A DNA stretch of 63,671 nt, the filler included, from Octopus bimaculoides (lineage: Eukaryota): the NCBI RefSeq assembly GCF_001194135.2. It is 4 parts of 4 records of this genome, joined end to end, with 100 filler letters (N's around TTAATTAATTAA, not from the genome) between each part and the next. Parts side by side here need not be neighbours in the genome. Positions count along the whole stretch, not along the records: positions 24,568 to 48,048 come from NC_069004.1; positions 48,149 to 62,282 come from NC_068995.1; 2 more parts are not named here. One strand, 5' to 3'. A model generated the notes under the pieces. That model was given only the letters and a program-made list of their open reading frames with translations. It was not told the origin of the DNA and did no database searches. The position numbers and the translations under genes were made by a program. Of this stretch, positions 40,501 to 54,715 are shown piece after piece (the stretch's first letter is position 1; each line of letters begins with the position of its first letter).

Positions 40501-40884
40501 GGAGGCGCAATGGCCCAGTGGTTAGGGCAGCGGACTCGCGGTCGTAGGATCGCGGTTTCGATTCCCAGACCGGGCATTGTGAGTGTTTATTGAGCGAAAA
40601 CACCTAAAGCTCCACGAGGCTCCGGCAGGGGATGGTGGCGAACCCTGCTGTACTCTTCCACCACAACTTTCTCTCATTCTTACTTCCTGTTTATGTTGTG
40701 CCTGTAATTCAAAGGGTCAGCCTTGTCAAACTGTGTCACGCTGAATATCCCCGAGAACTACGTTAAGGGTACACGTGTCTGTGGAGTGCTCAGCCACTTG
40801 CACGTTAATTTCACGAGCAGGCTGTTCCGTTGATCGGATCAACTGGAACCCTCGACGTCGTAAGCGACGGAGTGCCAACACACG
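40501..40884 (+). mobile_element. Full-length tRNA-derived SINE with target-site duplication
   Basis: A-box TGGCCCAGTGG and B-box GGTTTCGATTCCC in a tRNA-like head. The 10-bp direct repeat GAGGCTATGA lies at 40489-40498 and 40885-40894. Confidence 0.85.
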
Positions 40885-41566
40885 GAGGCTATGATCAATT
40901 CGAGTAAATTTCTACGGGTAAGAAAGAAAAGCACAACGAACAACGAAACGTTCTAAAAGTACTCGTTCGGGAGATCTGATCATTGTTGACATTTCTAATT
41001 ATGTCGAACACTTTCTGTCGAGTGCAAGGAAGGGCAATTAGTCTTCCTCTGTTCGGTTGCTATGGTGAAAAAGATGGTGTTGGTGGTCATAATTAAGAAG
41101 GAAGATGACAACATTTACCCTCCCTAGCCAAGCCCTCGTTATTTAAGTGCCACTTGAAAGGGAAGGCGAGTGTTGAGAGAAAACTGGTCTCCTTCACTAA
41201 ACTTAGATGCGTTTTGCGTTGATGGTTTTACTCGGAATGTTCGTCGGTAATTTTGTATCAGAAAAGAGGCCCCTATACCTATAATTTAGGGATTTATGCT
41301 GTTCCTAATTTCCCTCACGCTTCCCTTTTTGTGGAATATAAAAATTTCATACATTTTTGAAATCCTTCTTTCATTTGTATAATTTAAAACATTTTTCACT
41401 TGATTTTAACACAGCAACCCCACGACACTGTATTGACCCCCATCAATTCGCAACCCTTGTGCCTTTATTTCCTGGTGTGATTTTTGTGTCAAACCCTATT
41501 CTTTATGTAGCTGGCTTTTGTAATAAACCCATTCATTCAACGCTCCTCTCACAAATCAAAGAAATC

Positions 41567-41615
<49 letters not shown>

Positions 41616-42754
41616 CACCACCACGGAAAACGTGATCTTTGTGTTCACTTCTGCCACATTTAATCATAAGTAGGATGAATATAAACAGCGATTTTCTCTC
41701 CCTCTCTTACTCTTTTACACCCTCTCTNNNNNNNNNNNNNNNNNNNNNNNNNNNNNNNNNNNNNNNNNNNNNNNNNNNNNNNNNNNNNNNNNNNNNNNNN
41801 NNNNNNNNNNNNNNNNNNNNNNNNNNNNNNNNNNNNNNNNNNNNNNNNNNNNNNNNNNNNNNNNNNNNNNNNNNNNNNNNNNNNNNNNNNNNNNNNNNNN
41901 NNNNNNNNNNNNNNNNNNNNNNNNNNNNNNNNNNNNNNNNNNNNNNNNNNNNNNNNNNNNNNNNNNNNNNNNNNNNNNNNNNNNNNNNNNNNNNNNNNNN
42001 NNNNNNNNNNNNNNNNNNNNNNNNNNNNNNNNNNNNNNNNNNNNNNNNNNNNNNNNNNNNNNNNNNNNNNNNNNNNNNNNNNNATATATATATATATATA
42101 TACATATAAATATTTATTTATTTATTTACTTATAATTTAAGTAGTAAATTAATGACGAACAGTGCTCAAGAGGCGAAGCATAAAAAGAAGCCGGGTCAGA
42201 TGGCAATCAAAGATATTTGACTTTTGAGGACTGCAAAAATTCTTCGTTTGTAAAATGTGTGGGAAGATGTTCATCTTTCTTTTCTTTATTCTTGTGGGTG
42301 GGTTTGGAACTCTTTCGACCGTATCCTGTTTAGCAGCACTATCGCCACCATCACCACACTATCACCAGCTCCATGGAGGATCTTAAGCAGAACCCATTCT
42401 CTGGCAAGTGTTCAGAGTAGGGACAATAAGAGGTAGGAGAGGTCAACCAGAATATCGTTTTGGTATCTGGAGAACCACAAAAGGATTTGTGAAGATCTGG
42501 TGGAAACCCTCCTTCCCCTTCACCACAGATAAACTCAAATACCTTTTGAATTTTCAAAGCCTCTACCATTCTGAAAACCGTTCTACTTTTACCATTCCAA
42601 GATTTCTCTTGGACGCTCTGGTTCAGAACATGTCATTACTTTGAGGGCAACTTCTTCATTTAATTCCAGTAATCACACAAATTCCGAAAAGGAACAGCAG
42701 AGTTGGTCTTGCACCTCTGATTCAGTGATGCGTAAAGCATCCACCTGAAACCGT

Positions 42755-43095
42755 TCCTTCTCTTGCCTTCTTTTGCTGGGCTCAAATCTCATTTGCAAAC
42801 CATTGGAAAACGAACCTCCACCAACCATTCTGCCTATACGTCTGTGCACACCTTCCTGTGCAATGTATGCCAGAAGGTTTGCAAATCCAACAGAGGCCTC
42901 AAAAGACATTTTGAGATCCACAAAGATCAGAATTTATCTGCAACTCTTGGTGGTCCAAATCGGATATGCAATCTATGAGGGTGTCTTTTCAAAACATTGT
43001 CTGGTTTAAAAAGCCACATCAGATGCCATGATGGTTCTAAGGTGTGGGTACAGGAGGTGGTCAAACTCTGCATAATGAGTAGACAACCACCATGT
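42755..43095 (+). mobile_element. RTE-type LINE 3' end with C2H2 zinc fingers (copy 1)
   Basis: PSFAGLKSHL...FLCNVCQKVCKSNRGLKRHFEIH...ICNL*GCLFKTLSGLKSHIRCH. High nucleotide similarity to 58577-58900, including the 3' end GGTCAAACTCTGCATAA...GACAACCAC followed by a simple-repeat tail. Confidence 0.75.
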
Positions 43096-44967
43096 ATATA
43101 TATATNNNNNNNNNNNNNNNNNNNNNNNNNNNNNNNNNNNNNNNNNNNNNNNNNNNNNNNNNNNNNNNNNNNNNNNNNNNNNNNNNNNNNNNNNNNNNNN
43201 NNNNNNNNNNNNNNNNNNNNNNNNNNNNNNNNNNNNNNNNNNNNNNNNNNNNNNNNNNNNNNNNNNNNNNNNNNNNNNNNNNNNNNNNNNNNNNNNNNNN
43301 NNNNNNNNNNNNNNNNNNNNNNNNNNNNNNNNNNNNNNNNNNNNNNNNNNNNNNNNNNNNNNNNNNNNNNNNNNNNNNNNNNNNNNNNNNNNNNNNNNNN
43401 NNNNNNNNNNNNNNNNNNNNNNNNNNNNNNNNNNNNNNNNNNNNNNNNNNNNNNNNNNNNNNNNNNNNNNNNNNNNNNNNNNNNNNNATATATATATATA
43501 TATATATAAACGACGGGCTTCTTTCAGTTTTTGTCAGCCAAATCTACTCACAAGGCTTTGGCCAGCTTGAGGCTATAGTAGAAAGACACTTGCCCAAGGT
43601 GCTACGCAGTAGGACTGAACCCAGAACTATGTGGTTGGGAAGCTTGCCAACCACATAGTTCCGGGTTCAGAAGCGTTCTAACCATGACTGCGTTGAGAGA
43701 GAGAGGGGGGCATTCATGTATATAGAGTCATTCTATAACACATACACACACGCACCCCTCTCTTCCTTATCATGACCCCACATAACCTTACAGCCCCAAC
43801 AATAACACTATGACGTGTAGGGTTAGGGATTTCGCCTCTTATCAATATGTATACTGTAAAGCCCAATTGTTAACCAGTTATCTCCCCTACTCCCACTCTT
43901 TACCTTCCTTATCCTCTTCCACTTTTAATGATAATGCCGTCTCTTCTTGTACCGAAAGACATGGATTGTAGGGAGGTTGTTTAGAGAAGAACAGGCGGCT
44001 GTCGGGGTGGGAAGTGTCTAGAGAAAGGAGGCGAGGTGATACGGCAGTTCCCTTTGTGTGTATCCTTTGTGAGCATATACATATATGTGTATGAATGTGT
44101 CTAATCATACATATGTGTATGCACACATTGATATATATATACACATATATATATATACATAAACACACACACACACAGTGAGCATGTGTGTATGTGTGTG
44201 TGTTATGTTGAACAACAAGTGTCTCCACCTCCGATGTTAATCTCTTCGTTCGTCTGTGAGACGCCTCTGACGTAGGCGACCTCCCACCCTCTTATCTTCT
44301 TCTTACTTCCTTTTCCTTCCTCATCCTACCCACTTCATTCGCCACCTTTAAACACACACACACACACACACATTCATGTATTGTGCCATTGGTTCGTATG
44401 ACGTCAAAGTCTTATTTACAATCCAACGAGAGTATGATTGCTTCAAACGTCATAAGTAGCAGCCAAAGACTCCCTCAAATCACGTCCGAGCGTCTTTTGA
44501 CAAGATAGGTTTTTATTAGCTTGTAAACTCTTATACATACTCATTACTTATGAATACAAAACGGGTCAGTCATGGTTAGAACGCTTCTGAACATAAATTT
44601 TGTTGACCAGGGCTATTTATATAAAACCATTGTTGGACTACTTCAACAAAATTTTGCGTGATGCTTTGAGCAGCAAGTGTCTTCTACTATAGCCATGTGA
44701 GGGGATTTGGTAGACGGAAACTGTAAGAAGCCCGTTTATATATATATATATATTTATGTGTGTATGTTTGTCTTTGTGTCTGTGTTTGTCCCCCCACTAT
44801 CGCTTGACAGTCGATGTTGGTTTGCTTACGTCCCCGTAATTTAGCAGTTCGGCCAAAGTGACTGATAGAATAAATACTAGGGGTCGATTGTCCAGCTAAA
44901 GGTGGTGCTCCAGCATGACCGCAAGCAAATGACTGAAACAAGTAAAAGAATACACACACACACACAC

Positions 44968-45010
<43 letters not shown>

Positions 45011-45986
45011 TAGGGTTAAATGAAATAATGAAAAAAACTTTGGCATAATGACTATCCCTAGGAAAGATATGTTGTTGGTTATAGAATTATTCTTTGTTGC
45101 CATTATTCTTTAGTACCATTATTTTTGCTACCATTAGTCTATGGTGCCATTTCTCATCGGTACCATTATTCTTCTGTAGCATTATTTTTGGGCAAGGAAA
45201 CTCTTCATGTTTTTGAAATAATTAAGTTTCATACTCACCCATTCATAACTGGTTCCATTCGTAGGGGAATCTGCCTCTGTGTGTATATATATATCAATAT
45301 ATGTGAGTGAGTGTGTGTGTGTACGTGTGTATACAAACACACATGTACACATACAAATATGAACGTATGCACATGTATTACTATGAATTCCATTCTCAAT
45401 AGTCTTTTGTTCTTCATGTTATCGATCAAGTGTCGCTGATGTCGTCGGCGTTGTTGTTGTAAGCAAAAAACACAATGTCTAGACTGCTGGTTCCTTAAAT
45501 ATTTCCTCAGCGCCAACATTGTTCAATATCTTCAGACCCCCAAAATAGAGACGGTTTTATCCCTTTAAAACAACCACCACTTACCATCCTAAGTCCACCA
45601 CCTTCTGTGTGCAATGTGTATATAATTCTATACAGTCTGCATATAGATACATACATTCATGTGTTTGTGTGTGTGTGTGTGTGTGCGTGCATAAGTTTGG
45701 CGGGTGGGGCTGTGTCTGTCAGACAGAGACAGTAATGTGTACACTTTGGGACATCCGATGCTCAAGATCAGCTAATCTTCATTTTTATTTAACTCTTTTC
45801 TTTTCCAAAATATTTACAAACATATGCACGCACACACACGCACACGCACACACACAAATATTGTATTTCTATTCGTGTGGTGTTTATGTACGTATGTATA
45901 CGATGTATGAATGGTTTGATGGAGAAAGAATAAGGGCGTTTGTTGATCTTCCGATGTTTGTGTGTATATATGTATGTATGTAAGTA

Positions 45987-46051
<65 letters not shown>

Positions 46052-46831
46052 GTATGCATATACATATATATACATATATATATANNNNNNNNNNNNNNNN
46101 NNNNNNNNNNNNNNNNNNNNNNNNNNNNNNNNNNNNNNNNNNNNNNNNNNNNNNNNNNNNNNNNNNNNNNNNNNNNNNNNNNNNNNNNNNNNNNNNNNNN
46201 NNNNNNNNNNNNNNNNNNNNNNNNNNNNNNNNNNNNNNNNNNNNNNNNNNNNNNNNNNNNNNNNNNNNNNNNNNNNNNNNNNNNNNNNNNNNNNNNNNNN
46301 NNNNNNNNNNNNNNNNNNNNNNNNNNNNNNNNNNNNNNNNNNNNNNNNNNNNNNNNNNNNNNNNNNNNNNNNNNNNNNNNNNNNNNNNNNNNNNNNNNNN
46401 NNNNNNNNNNNNNNNNNNNNNNNNNNNNNNNNNNNNNNNNNNNNNNNNNNNNNNNNNNNNNNNNNNNNNNNNNNNNNNNNNNNNNNNNNNNNNNNNNNNN
46501 NNNNNNNNNNNNNNNNNNNNNNNNNNNNNNNNNNNNNNNNNNNNNNNNNNNNNNNNNNNNNNNNNNNNNNNNNNNNNNNNNNNNNNNNNNNNNNNNNNNN
46601 NNNNNNNNNNNNNNNNNNNNNNNNNNNNNNNNNNNNNNNNNNNNNNNNNNNNNNNNNNNNNNNNNNNNNNNNNNNNNNNNNNNNNNNNNNNNNNNNNNNN
46701 NNNNNNNNNNNNNNNNNNNNNNNNNNNNNNNNNCCATCGTTTTATCATGGTCCGTTGCTGTTCTAGTTTGAGTTTGGATTTCATTTGTTTTATAGCCTTT
46801 GTTGTTTCTTCTTCTTCTTCTTCTTCTTCTG

Positions 46832-46903
<72 letters not shown>

Positions 46904-46918
46904 TCGTTTCTCTTTCAG

Positions 46919-47056
46919 ATTGTCAGAATCACACATACGGTCCCAACTGCCAATTCAAATGTGGTCACTGCTCACAAAACTTCCCTTGCAATGAACAGAC
47001 AGGTGCTTGCAATGGCGGGTGCCAAATCGGTTGGTCAGGAAAGAAATGTGACCAAG
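46919..47056 (+). CDS. Internal coding exon: one 8-cysteine EGF/laminin-EGF-like repeat (MEGF10/Draper/CED-1/SCARF type; also seen in mollusc receptor-PTP ectodomains)
   Basis: Acceptor TTTCTCTTTCAG| at 46918 and donor CAAG|GTAATC at 47057. The exon is 138 nt, symmetric phase 1-1, with no stop. It translates to xCQNHTYGPNCQFKCGHCSQNFPCNEQTGACNGGCQIGWSGKKCDQ, showing the typical YG-x2-C-x3-C-x2-C...TG-x-C-x3-C-x2-GW-x-G-x2-C spacing. Confidence 0.9.
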
Positions 47057-47503
47057 GTAATCATTTCGTATACATACAGACACACATACTCACACACATG
47101 CATACATATACATATATGCACCCGTATATAAGTATGTAAGTGTGTACGTGTGGGAGGGGGGTGTACCTTTTAACTGAAACGTGAAATTGAGAAAACGAAT
47201 TTGCCGTTAAAAAATTCGGTTTATTGAGTGTACAGACCTTTTAAGAACTTGGAGTTTGTGGGAAAATTCATTTAAGTAAAACTGATCCTTGGTAGAGAAA
47301 ATGTTGGCAATCTCTGTAGAGGTAAGTAGATAGAGAGACGAGAATAGATGTGTATTTATTTTCTTACAAATTATTCACTATTTAAAAGGGAAGTATTTTG
47401 CAAAACAAAGCAACACGAACATTATGGAATGAAGTAGTCGTATTGTGTGTATACACTTTCGTTTTGAAGCTTTTCAAACACGTGCTATGGTATAAACATG
47501 TGT

Positions 47504-47543
<40 letters not shown>

Positions 47544-47990
47544 TTACGCACACACGCGCACACATATACTACATAGCTGCAATAATTTCTAAAAATTTTC
47601 ATTCATACTACAAAACCCCTTTCAATCAACAGTACATGGAATTAATTTCTCCACATTATCCATCTGTAATAACAAAAATATGAACTCCTGTCACAATTTA
47701 CATACCACAGACAAGAAGCCTTTCTACCCATTCTACACAGCACTTTCCTTCCATAATGGAACTGAAACTGTAACATATGTAACATTTGTTTCTCTTTATG
47801 TTCCCTATATCTCTCCCTTTCCAAAATAGCTCCTTATATTGAACTCTGCTATTTCCTTCCGTTTAACTCTCTCATATCGTCTCTGATGAAGGGATATTCC
47901 TCATATTCCCGAAACAGCTGTAAAACTACTTTTCTCTTTATAAGTGTTCTAGAAACTTCACACTGCCTTGGCTTTGTAGTCTCATTTCAT

Positions 47991-48048
<58 letters not shown>

Positions 48049-48148
48049 NNNNNNNNNNNNNNNNNNNNNNNNNNNNNNNNNNNNNNNNNNNNTTAATTAA
48101 TTAANNNNNNNNNNNNNNNNNNNNNNNNNNNNNNNNNNNNNNNNNNNN
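48049..48148. other. Artificial scaffold/contig joiner
   Basis: Identical 44 N + TTAATTAATTAA + 44 N. Confidence 0.9.
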
Positions 48149-48185
<37 letters not shown>

Positions 48186-51100
48186 TATATGTATACATAT
48201 ACATAGATGTATACATATGTGTTTATATATATATATATACATATATATATGTAGGTAGGTATATATCTATCTCCGTGTGTCTTTGTGCTTGTGTTTGTCA
48301 CCTACCACCGCCTGACAACCAATGTTGGTGTGTTTACGTCCCCATAACCTAGTCGCTCGGCAAAAGAGACCGTTAGAATAAGTATCAGACTTAAAAAAAT
48401 AAGTCCTGGGATCGATTTGTTGGACTAAAACCTTTTAAGGCGGTGCCCCAGCATGGTCGCAGTCAAATGATTGAAACAAGTCAAAAAGATTAAAAATAAG
48501 AGATAAAAGAGCAACGAAGACAGCAACAAGAAGATGAATATTATCATCATGATCTTCAGCAGCAGCAGCAGTAGCAGCGGCGGCGGCGGCAATAGCAAGA
48601 GTCATAGAAACAAAAATAAAAATAATACTTTCATTAGCAACATAACAAAGGCGAACTCTTTCGCAAAGTTTAAACAATAACGGTGCGTAGAACAAACTTA
48701 TCACAGTAATTTTATTTAAGAAGATAGACACTGTCTGGTAGAACCAAATTTCCTAATTACACCATTACCGAGAGAGAGAATGAAAATATCTGAAGGACCT
48801 TAATCTATTGAGGCATTAACGTGTGTACGCATACAGATTTACGTGTATATATATATATATATATNNNNNNNNNNNNNNNNNNNNNNNNNNNNNNNNNNNN
48901 NNNNNNNNNNNNNNNNNNNNNNNNNNNNNNNNNNNNNNNNNNNNNNNNNNNNNNNNNNNNNNNNNNNNNNNNNATATACATATATATATATATATATATG
49001 GTTTATGCGTGTCCATGTATGCAGTTATGTTTCTGTTGCATTGCGCTTTTTATAGCAGTAAATTTATTCGAATGATTAAATTACAAATTTGCTAACGATA
49101 ATTTAATTTTCCTTGTCCACCAATCTGCATATTCAATGACCATAAGCGCAAAACACTGAAAAACAAAACCACCAAGAACAGTAGGCGAATTGATAAAGGT
49201 AATTACTATCAAAATATGGCGGTAACAAAGCGGAACCTTATGACAGTAAAGATAACTTTATCTTCGTAACTGTATAGTCTACTGAGCATCAATTCAGTGC
49301 TTTATTAATCATTATTCAACAACCATTCCATTCTCTAATTTCACAAAATCATCTGATTATCATTTAATAACCTGTTGTCGTTGTTGTTTAGATTCAGGTT
49401 AATCTTGATCGACCAAACCTAATATAAGCGTTGAAGTCATGACCGTAAGTATAGTGTATCAAGGGCTATGCGGGGTGGAGTCGGGTTAATTCGTTCGTTG
49501 CTTTTCAATGTTTTATTAATTAACTCCAAAACTATTTTATCGTGATCAGGATTTGAGGGACTATTGGCTCCTATTTCTAGAAGACGATGGTCAAATCGCT
49601 TCCGTTAGTGGATGTGGTGTAGGAGTTTTAACTGTTGTTTTCGTGGTCATAATGCACCGTTTATCTAGGACTACGTTATTAATTGTGTTTTCTGTCTTTT
49701 GAAGACACTAAGCTGAAGGCTTGAAGGATAATTGCCTGCTGTTTTGGCAGGTGATCAACGACTAGCCTCACTCGAGCTACTCCGAGGTCATGCGATGCGA
49801 GTTGTGTTAGTGAACTCACCATTGTTTTCGTCCAAATCAATCCAGGTCGAGAAGACCTGACCTCTGATCAACGTCTTTCAAAGTCTTGACCATCTCGCCT
49901 TGGTTTTCTGAGCTGTTGTCACAGCTCTTCCACCTGCCTAGTTGTACGAGATCAACACCATACCCCCCCCCCCCCCNNNNNNNNNNAATACTGAGGGGTG
50001 AGTCAATCGACTAAACATCTTTCGAATTGTATGCTTATGAGCGCATACTAAAATCCAGTATTATGGGTATTAGTATATAAGCATCAGTGTTGTTCTATAT
50101 AAAATGTATTTTATCTTTGTGGAGGTAGGTTATTTCTTTATCAGCGTATTCAATGCGTTAGATTTTATGATGGCATTTAATATGTATCTAAGTACTGTCA
50201 AATTCTTAAATGTATAACTTTAGATTTAGATATTACTAAATAATGGTCTTATAATAAATCTAACGAGAAATTACAGTTCATCAATATTAGTTCCCTTAAT
50301 CTCTCAACAATTCTTAAAATCTTAGTAATAGTATTAAACGCATGCCCAGCTAATCTTCTTACTTAGAATCTTTTAATCTTGCTGTCCATTATTGTAATGA
50401 CGCATGAAAAATACAGTGGCATCAAAGATAGAATACATTTCATAAAGAACAAACACTCATAGACTTATACATAGGAAAAGAAAGATTTTATGGCACAAAC
50501 CTCCCTTTAGTTTAAATGTTCACTGTAATATTTTTAAATTTTGGCCCAATGCCAGCAATTTCGAGGGAGAGGGAAGTCTATTACATCGACTCCAATGTTC
50601 AACTGCTTCTTAGTTTATCGAACCCGAAAGGGCGAAAAACAAAATCAACTCCGGCGGAATTTGAACTCAGAACGTGAAGTCGGAAGAAATGTCGCAAGGC
50701 ATTTTTTCCGGCACGGTCACGATTCTGCCAGATCGTTGCCATTGTTCGCTCTAATATTGTCACTATTTTCGTAAACCATACACACGCATGCATACACATA
50801 CGCAAGCACATATTCATACACATATACATATAAAAACATACACGTTGAGTGAGTTCAGTCCCACTGCATGGCATCTTGAGCAAGTATCTTCTTCTATAGC
50901 CTCGAACCGTCCAAAGCCTCGAAAGAGGATTTGGTAGACGGAAATTGAAGGAAGCCCGATTCTCTCTCTCTTTATATGTGTGTATGTGAGTGTGTGTGTG
51001 TGTCTGTCTGTCTTTGTCCTCCATCTCCGCTTGACGACTAGTGTTGGTGTATTTATGTCCATGTAACTTAACGGTTCGACAAAAGATATCGATAGAATGA

Positions 51101-52372
51101 GAACCAGGCTTAAAAAGAAAAATTAGTACTAGAGCCGATTCATCCAAGTAAAAAATCTTTCAAGGCCGTGCCCCAACATGGCCACAGTCTAATGAGTGAG
51201 ACAAATGAAAGGATAAAAGATATTTATTGTAAGATCTCTAAAAATCGGGTTAAAATCAGTTATAGGCGCACCAGAACATCTGCTATCAAAGACAGTATTA
51301 ACAGAAGAAATCCTTTTATTACAAATGCGGAAATCCCTTCCCGTCTGTGCAATTGTAACAACTCCAGTATCTGCTTTCTGCAAAGAATGTGACAAGCAAA
51401 GTACTCGTTTATCCATGATGATGACAGTGAAATAAAGCTATATGATGCTTATTGAAGACGTTAAAAATATTCTCACAATGCATATGTATATTCAGACACC
51501 CAGGAAGACGGATCACGAGATTTTATAGTCTTAGTACTGTCCTTTAGAGAAAAAAGTTTCTGCTTAGATCAAAGGTTTCAGAAGAGGCGATATATTTTTT
51601 AGGAGAAGTATTACATTTTATAGCGATTTCTTTCTAGAATTTCGAACACACAGACAGGCAGATAGACACACACACACACACACACGTTTGTTTATATGTA
51701 TGCATCTCTTTCATCTCCCTCTATATATATAATTGTATATGTATATATATAATTGCATATATATNNNNNNNNNNNNNNNNNNNNNNNNNNNNNNNNNNNN
51801 NNNNNNNNNNNNNNNNNNNNNNNNNNNNNNNNNNNNNNNNNNNNNNNNNNNNNNNNNNNNNNNNNNNNNNNNNNNNNNNNNNNNNNNNNNNNNNNNNNNN
51901 NNNNNNNNNNNNNNNNNNNNNNNNNNNNNNNNNNNNNNNNNNNNNNNNNNNNNNNNNNNNNNNNNNNNNNNNNNNNNNNNNNNNNNNNNNNNNNNNNNNN
52001 NNNNNNNNNNNNNNNNNNNNNNNNNNNNNNNNNNNNNNNNNNNNNNNNNNNNNNNNNNNNNNNNNNNNNNNNNNNNNNNNNNNNNNNNNNNNNNNNNNNN
52101 NNNNNNNNNNNNNNNNNNNNNNNNNNNNNNNNNNNNNNNNNNNNNNNNNNNNNNNNNNNNNNNNNNNNNNNNNNNNNNNNNNNNNNNNNNNNNNNNNNNN
52201 NNNNNNNNNNNNNNNNNNNNNNNNNNNNNNNNNNNNNNNNNNNNNNNNNNNNNNNNNNNNNNNNNNNNNNNNNNNNNNNNNNNNNNNNNNNNNNNNNNNN
52301 NNNNNNNNNNNNNNNNNNNNNNNNNNNNNNNNNNNNNNNNNNNNNNNNNNNNNNNNNNNNNNNNNNNNNNNN

Positions 52373-52411
<39 letters not shown>

Positions 52412-52985
52412 TATATATGTACACATGCATATTGCATACACACACATACACACACACACGCACATAAATTAGTAAATACTTCGCATATATTTCCATCGCT
52501 ATTTACCGAAAAATTTCCAGCCATCATTTAGCTTACAAGTTATATTGCGTCGTTAATGGATATTCCATTAACTGAATGGCGCTTCCATATTCCGAAAACA
52601 TTCATATATTTATTAAGATTTAGATGTCATTACATCATCCATATGTATCACTTACTTTGTTCACATGCATTTTGATTACCTTCCTAAAAATCATGAAAAT
52701 ATGCATTTGCGCACTTGGTAATGAACTCGAAGTGCTGTTAACTATTTATATTTCAATTCGTTTTAGAATATCATTGCTCATACGTCGCCGCCTGTTACAG
52801 GCATTAATCGTTTGAATGATCGAAACCGTGAAATTCAGATATAGTTTCTTAGAATCTTTCAGCTTCTCAAAGATGTACATATATACATACATAGACACAT
52901 TGACGTAAACTCACATATACGTACACATGTACAACTAAGTAAACATACACGCCCGCACGCATACACTTATTAATGTATATACACA

Positions 52986-53021
<36 letters not shown>

Positions 53022-53790
53022 NNNNNNNNNNNNNNNNNNNNNNNNNNNNNNNNNNNNNNNNNNNNNNNNNNNNNNNNNNNNNNNNNNNNNNNNNNNNNNN
53101 NNNNNNNNNNNNNNNNNNNNNNNNNNNNNNNNNNNNNNNNNNNNNNNNNNNNNNNNNNNNNNNNNNNNNNNNNNNNNNNNNNNNNNNNNNNNNNNNNNNN
53201 NNNNNNNNNNNNNNNNNNNNNNNNNNNNNNNNNNNNNNNNNNNNNNNNNNNNNNNNNNNNNNNNNNNNNNNNNNNNNNNNNNNNNNNNNNNNNNNNNNNN
53301 NNNNNNNNNNNNNNNNNNNNNNNNNNNNNNNNNNNNNNNNNNNNNNNNNNNNNNNNNNNNNNNNNNNNNNNNNNNNNNNNNNNNNNNNNNNNNNNNNNNN
53401 NNNNNNNNNNNNNNNNNNNNNNNNNNNNNNNNNNNNNNNNNNNNNNNNNNNNNNNNNNNNNNNNNNNNNNNNNNNNNNNNNNNNNNNNNNNNNNNNNNNN
53501 NNNNNNNNNNNNNNNNNNNNNNNNNNNNNNNNNNNNNNNNNNNNNNNNNNNNNNNNNNNNNNNNNNNNNNNNNNNNNNNNNNNNNNNNNNNNNNNNNNNN
53601 NNNNNNNNNNNNNNNNNNNNNNNNNNNNNNNNNNNNNNNNNNNNNNNNNNNNNNNNNNNNNNNNNNNNNNNNNNNNNNNNNNNNNNNNNNNNNNNNNNNN
53701 NNNNNNNNNNNNNNNNNNNNNNNNNNNNNNNNNNNNNNNNNNNNNNNNNNNNNNNNNNNNNNNNNNNNNNNNNNNNNNNNNNNNNNNNNN

Positions 53791-53831
<41 letters not shown>

Positions 53832-54282
53832 GTGTTTATTACGGATCCTGAAATAACCTGTCAATTAATAAGTAGGACTGCGACAAAGAAGATTGAAATT
53901 CTTCAAGCGTGGAACTCCATTCGCTTCCGTTCTACTATTCATTTCCATAAGTTATATTACTGTCTAGTTTTAAAGAGCCGGTTCCGATATTCCTATTGTT
54001 GGCATGTCAATGGACGCCATCTACTGAGATTCCTACATTATGTGTTAATATTCACCGTTGTTATCTCATTCAGCAATGGAGAGAAGTGGAAAGTGAAATG
54101 TGATATCACCCGTCTCTTACACCTGAGCACGCTGCAAATAATTTATACGCCATTTTTATGTATGCACTTTTGTATGTATTTACGGAGTCTCTGTGTGCGC
54201 ATGTATGTATGTGTGTGTGTGTGTGCGCCCGTATGCGTGCGTTTTTATGTTTTCTATGTATAGATGTTCGTATGTGCGAAGG

Positions 54283-54322
<40 letters not shown>

Positions 54323-54350
54323 NNNNNNNNNNTTCGTATGTGCGAAGGGG

Positions 54351-54383
<33 letters not shown>

Positions 54384-54662
54384 GTATATGTGTCTCTGTG
54401 TGTGTGTGTGTGTGTATGCACTGCACACAGATACTCATGTATAATATTATTTTTGGCTTTTATATTTAGTTATATATATATGTATATATATATATATACA
54501 TACATACAAACCTATAAGTATATATACATATTTATATATCTATGCATATACATATATATACGTATATGCATATTTATATATATGTATATATAAATATGCA
54601 CATGTATATATGCATATATATACATACATATATTTATACATACAAATATACATATAAATCTG

Positions 54663-54715
<53 letters not shown>

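Noticed and set aside
40400-40915. Open frame restored by removing the SINE (VRIRNSFQKDLYLDNDIEAMINSSKFLR|GTAAGA)
   Set aside because: The peptide is short and unrecognised, and its phase does not fit the phase-1 gene model; probably chance.
42330-42750. Possible second 5' inversion upstream of RTE copy 1
   Set aside because: Faint RT-like motifs can be read on either strand, but similarity to the RT segment at 58901-59148 is far lower than between the two 3' ends. It is not supportable without alignment to a consensus.
51330-51390. LCNCNNSSIC as a possible EGF remnant
   Set aside because: The cysteine pattern is incomplete, there is an in-frame stop, and there are no splice sites in the right phase.
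53832-54263. 143-aa ORF with a hydrophobic stretch
   Set aside because: It starts and ends in microsatellite and has no motif or convincing splice sites.
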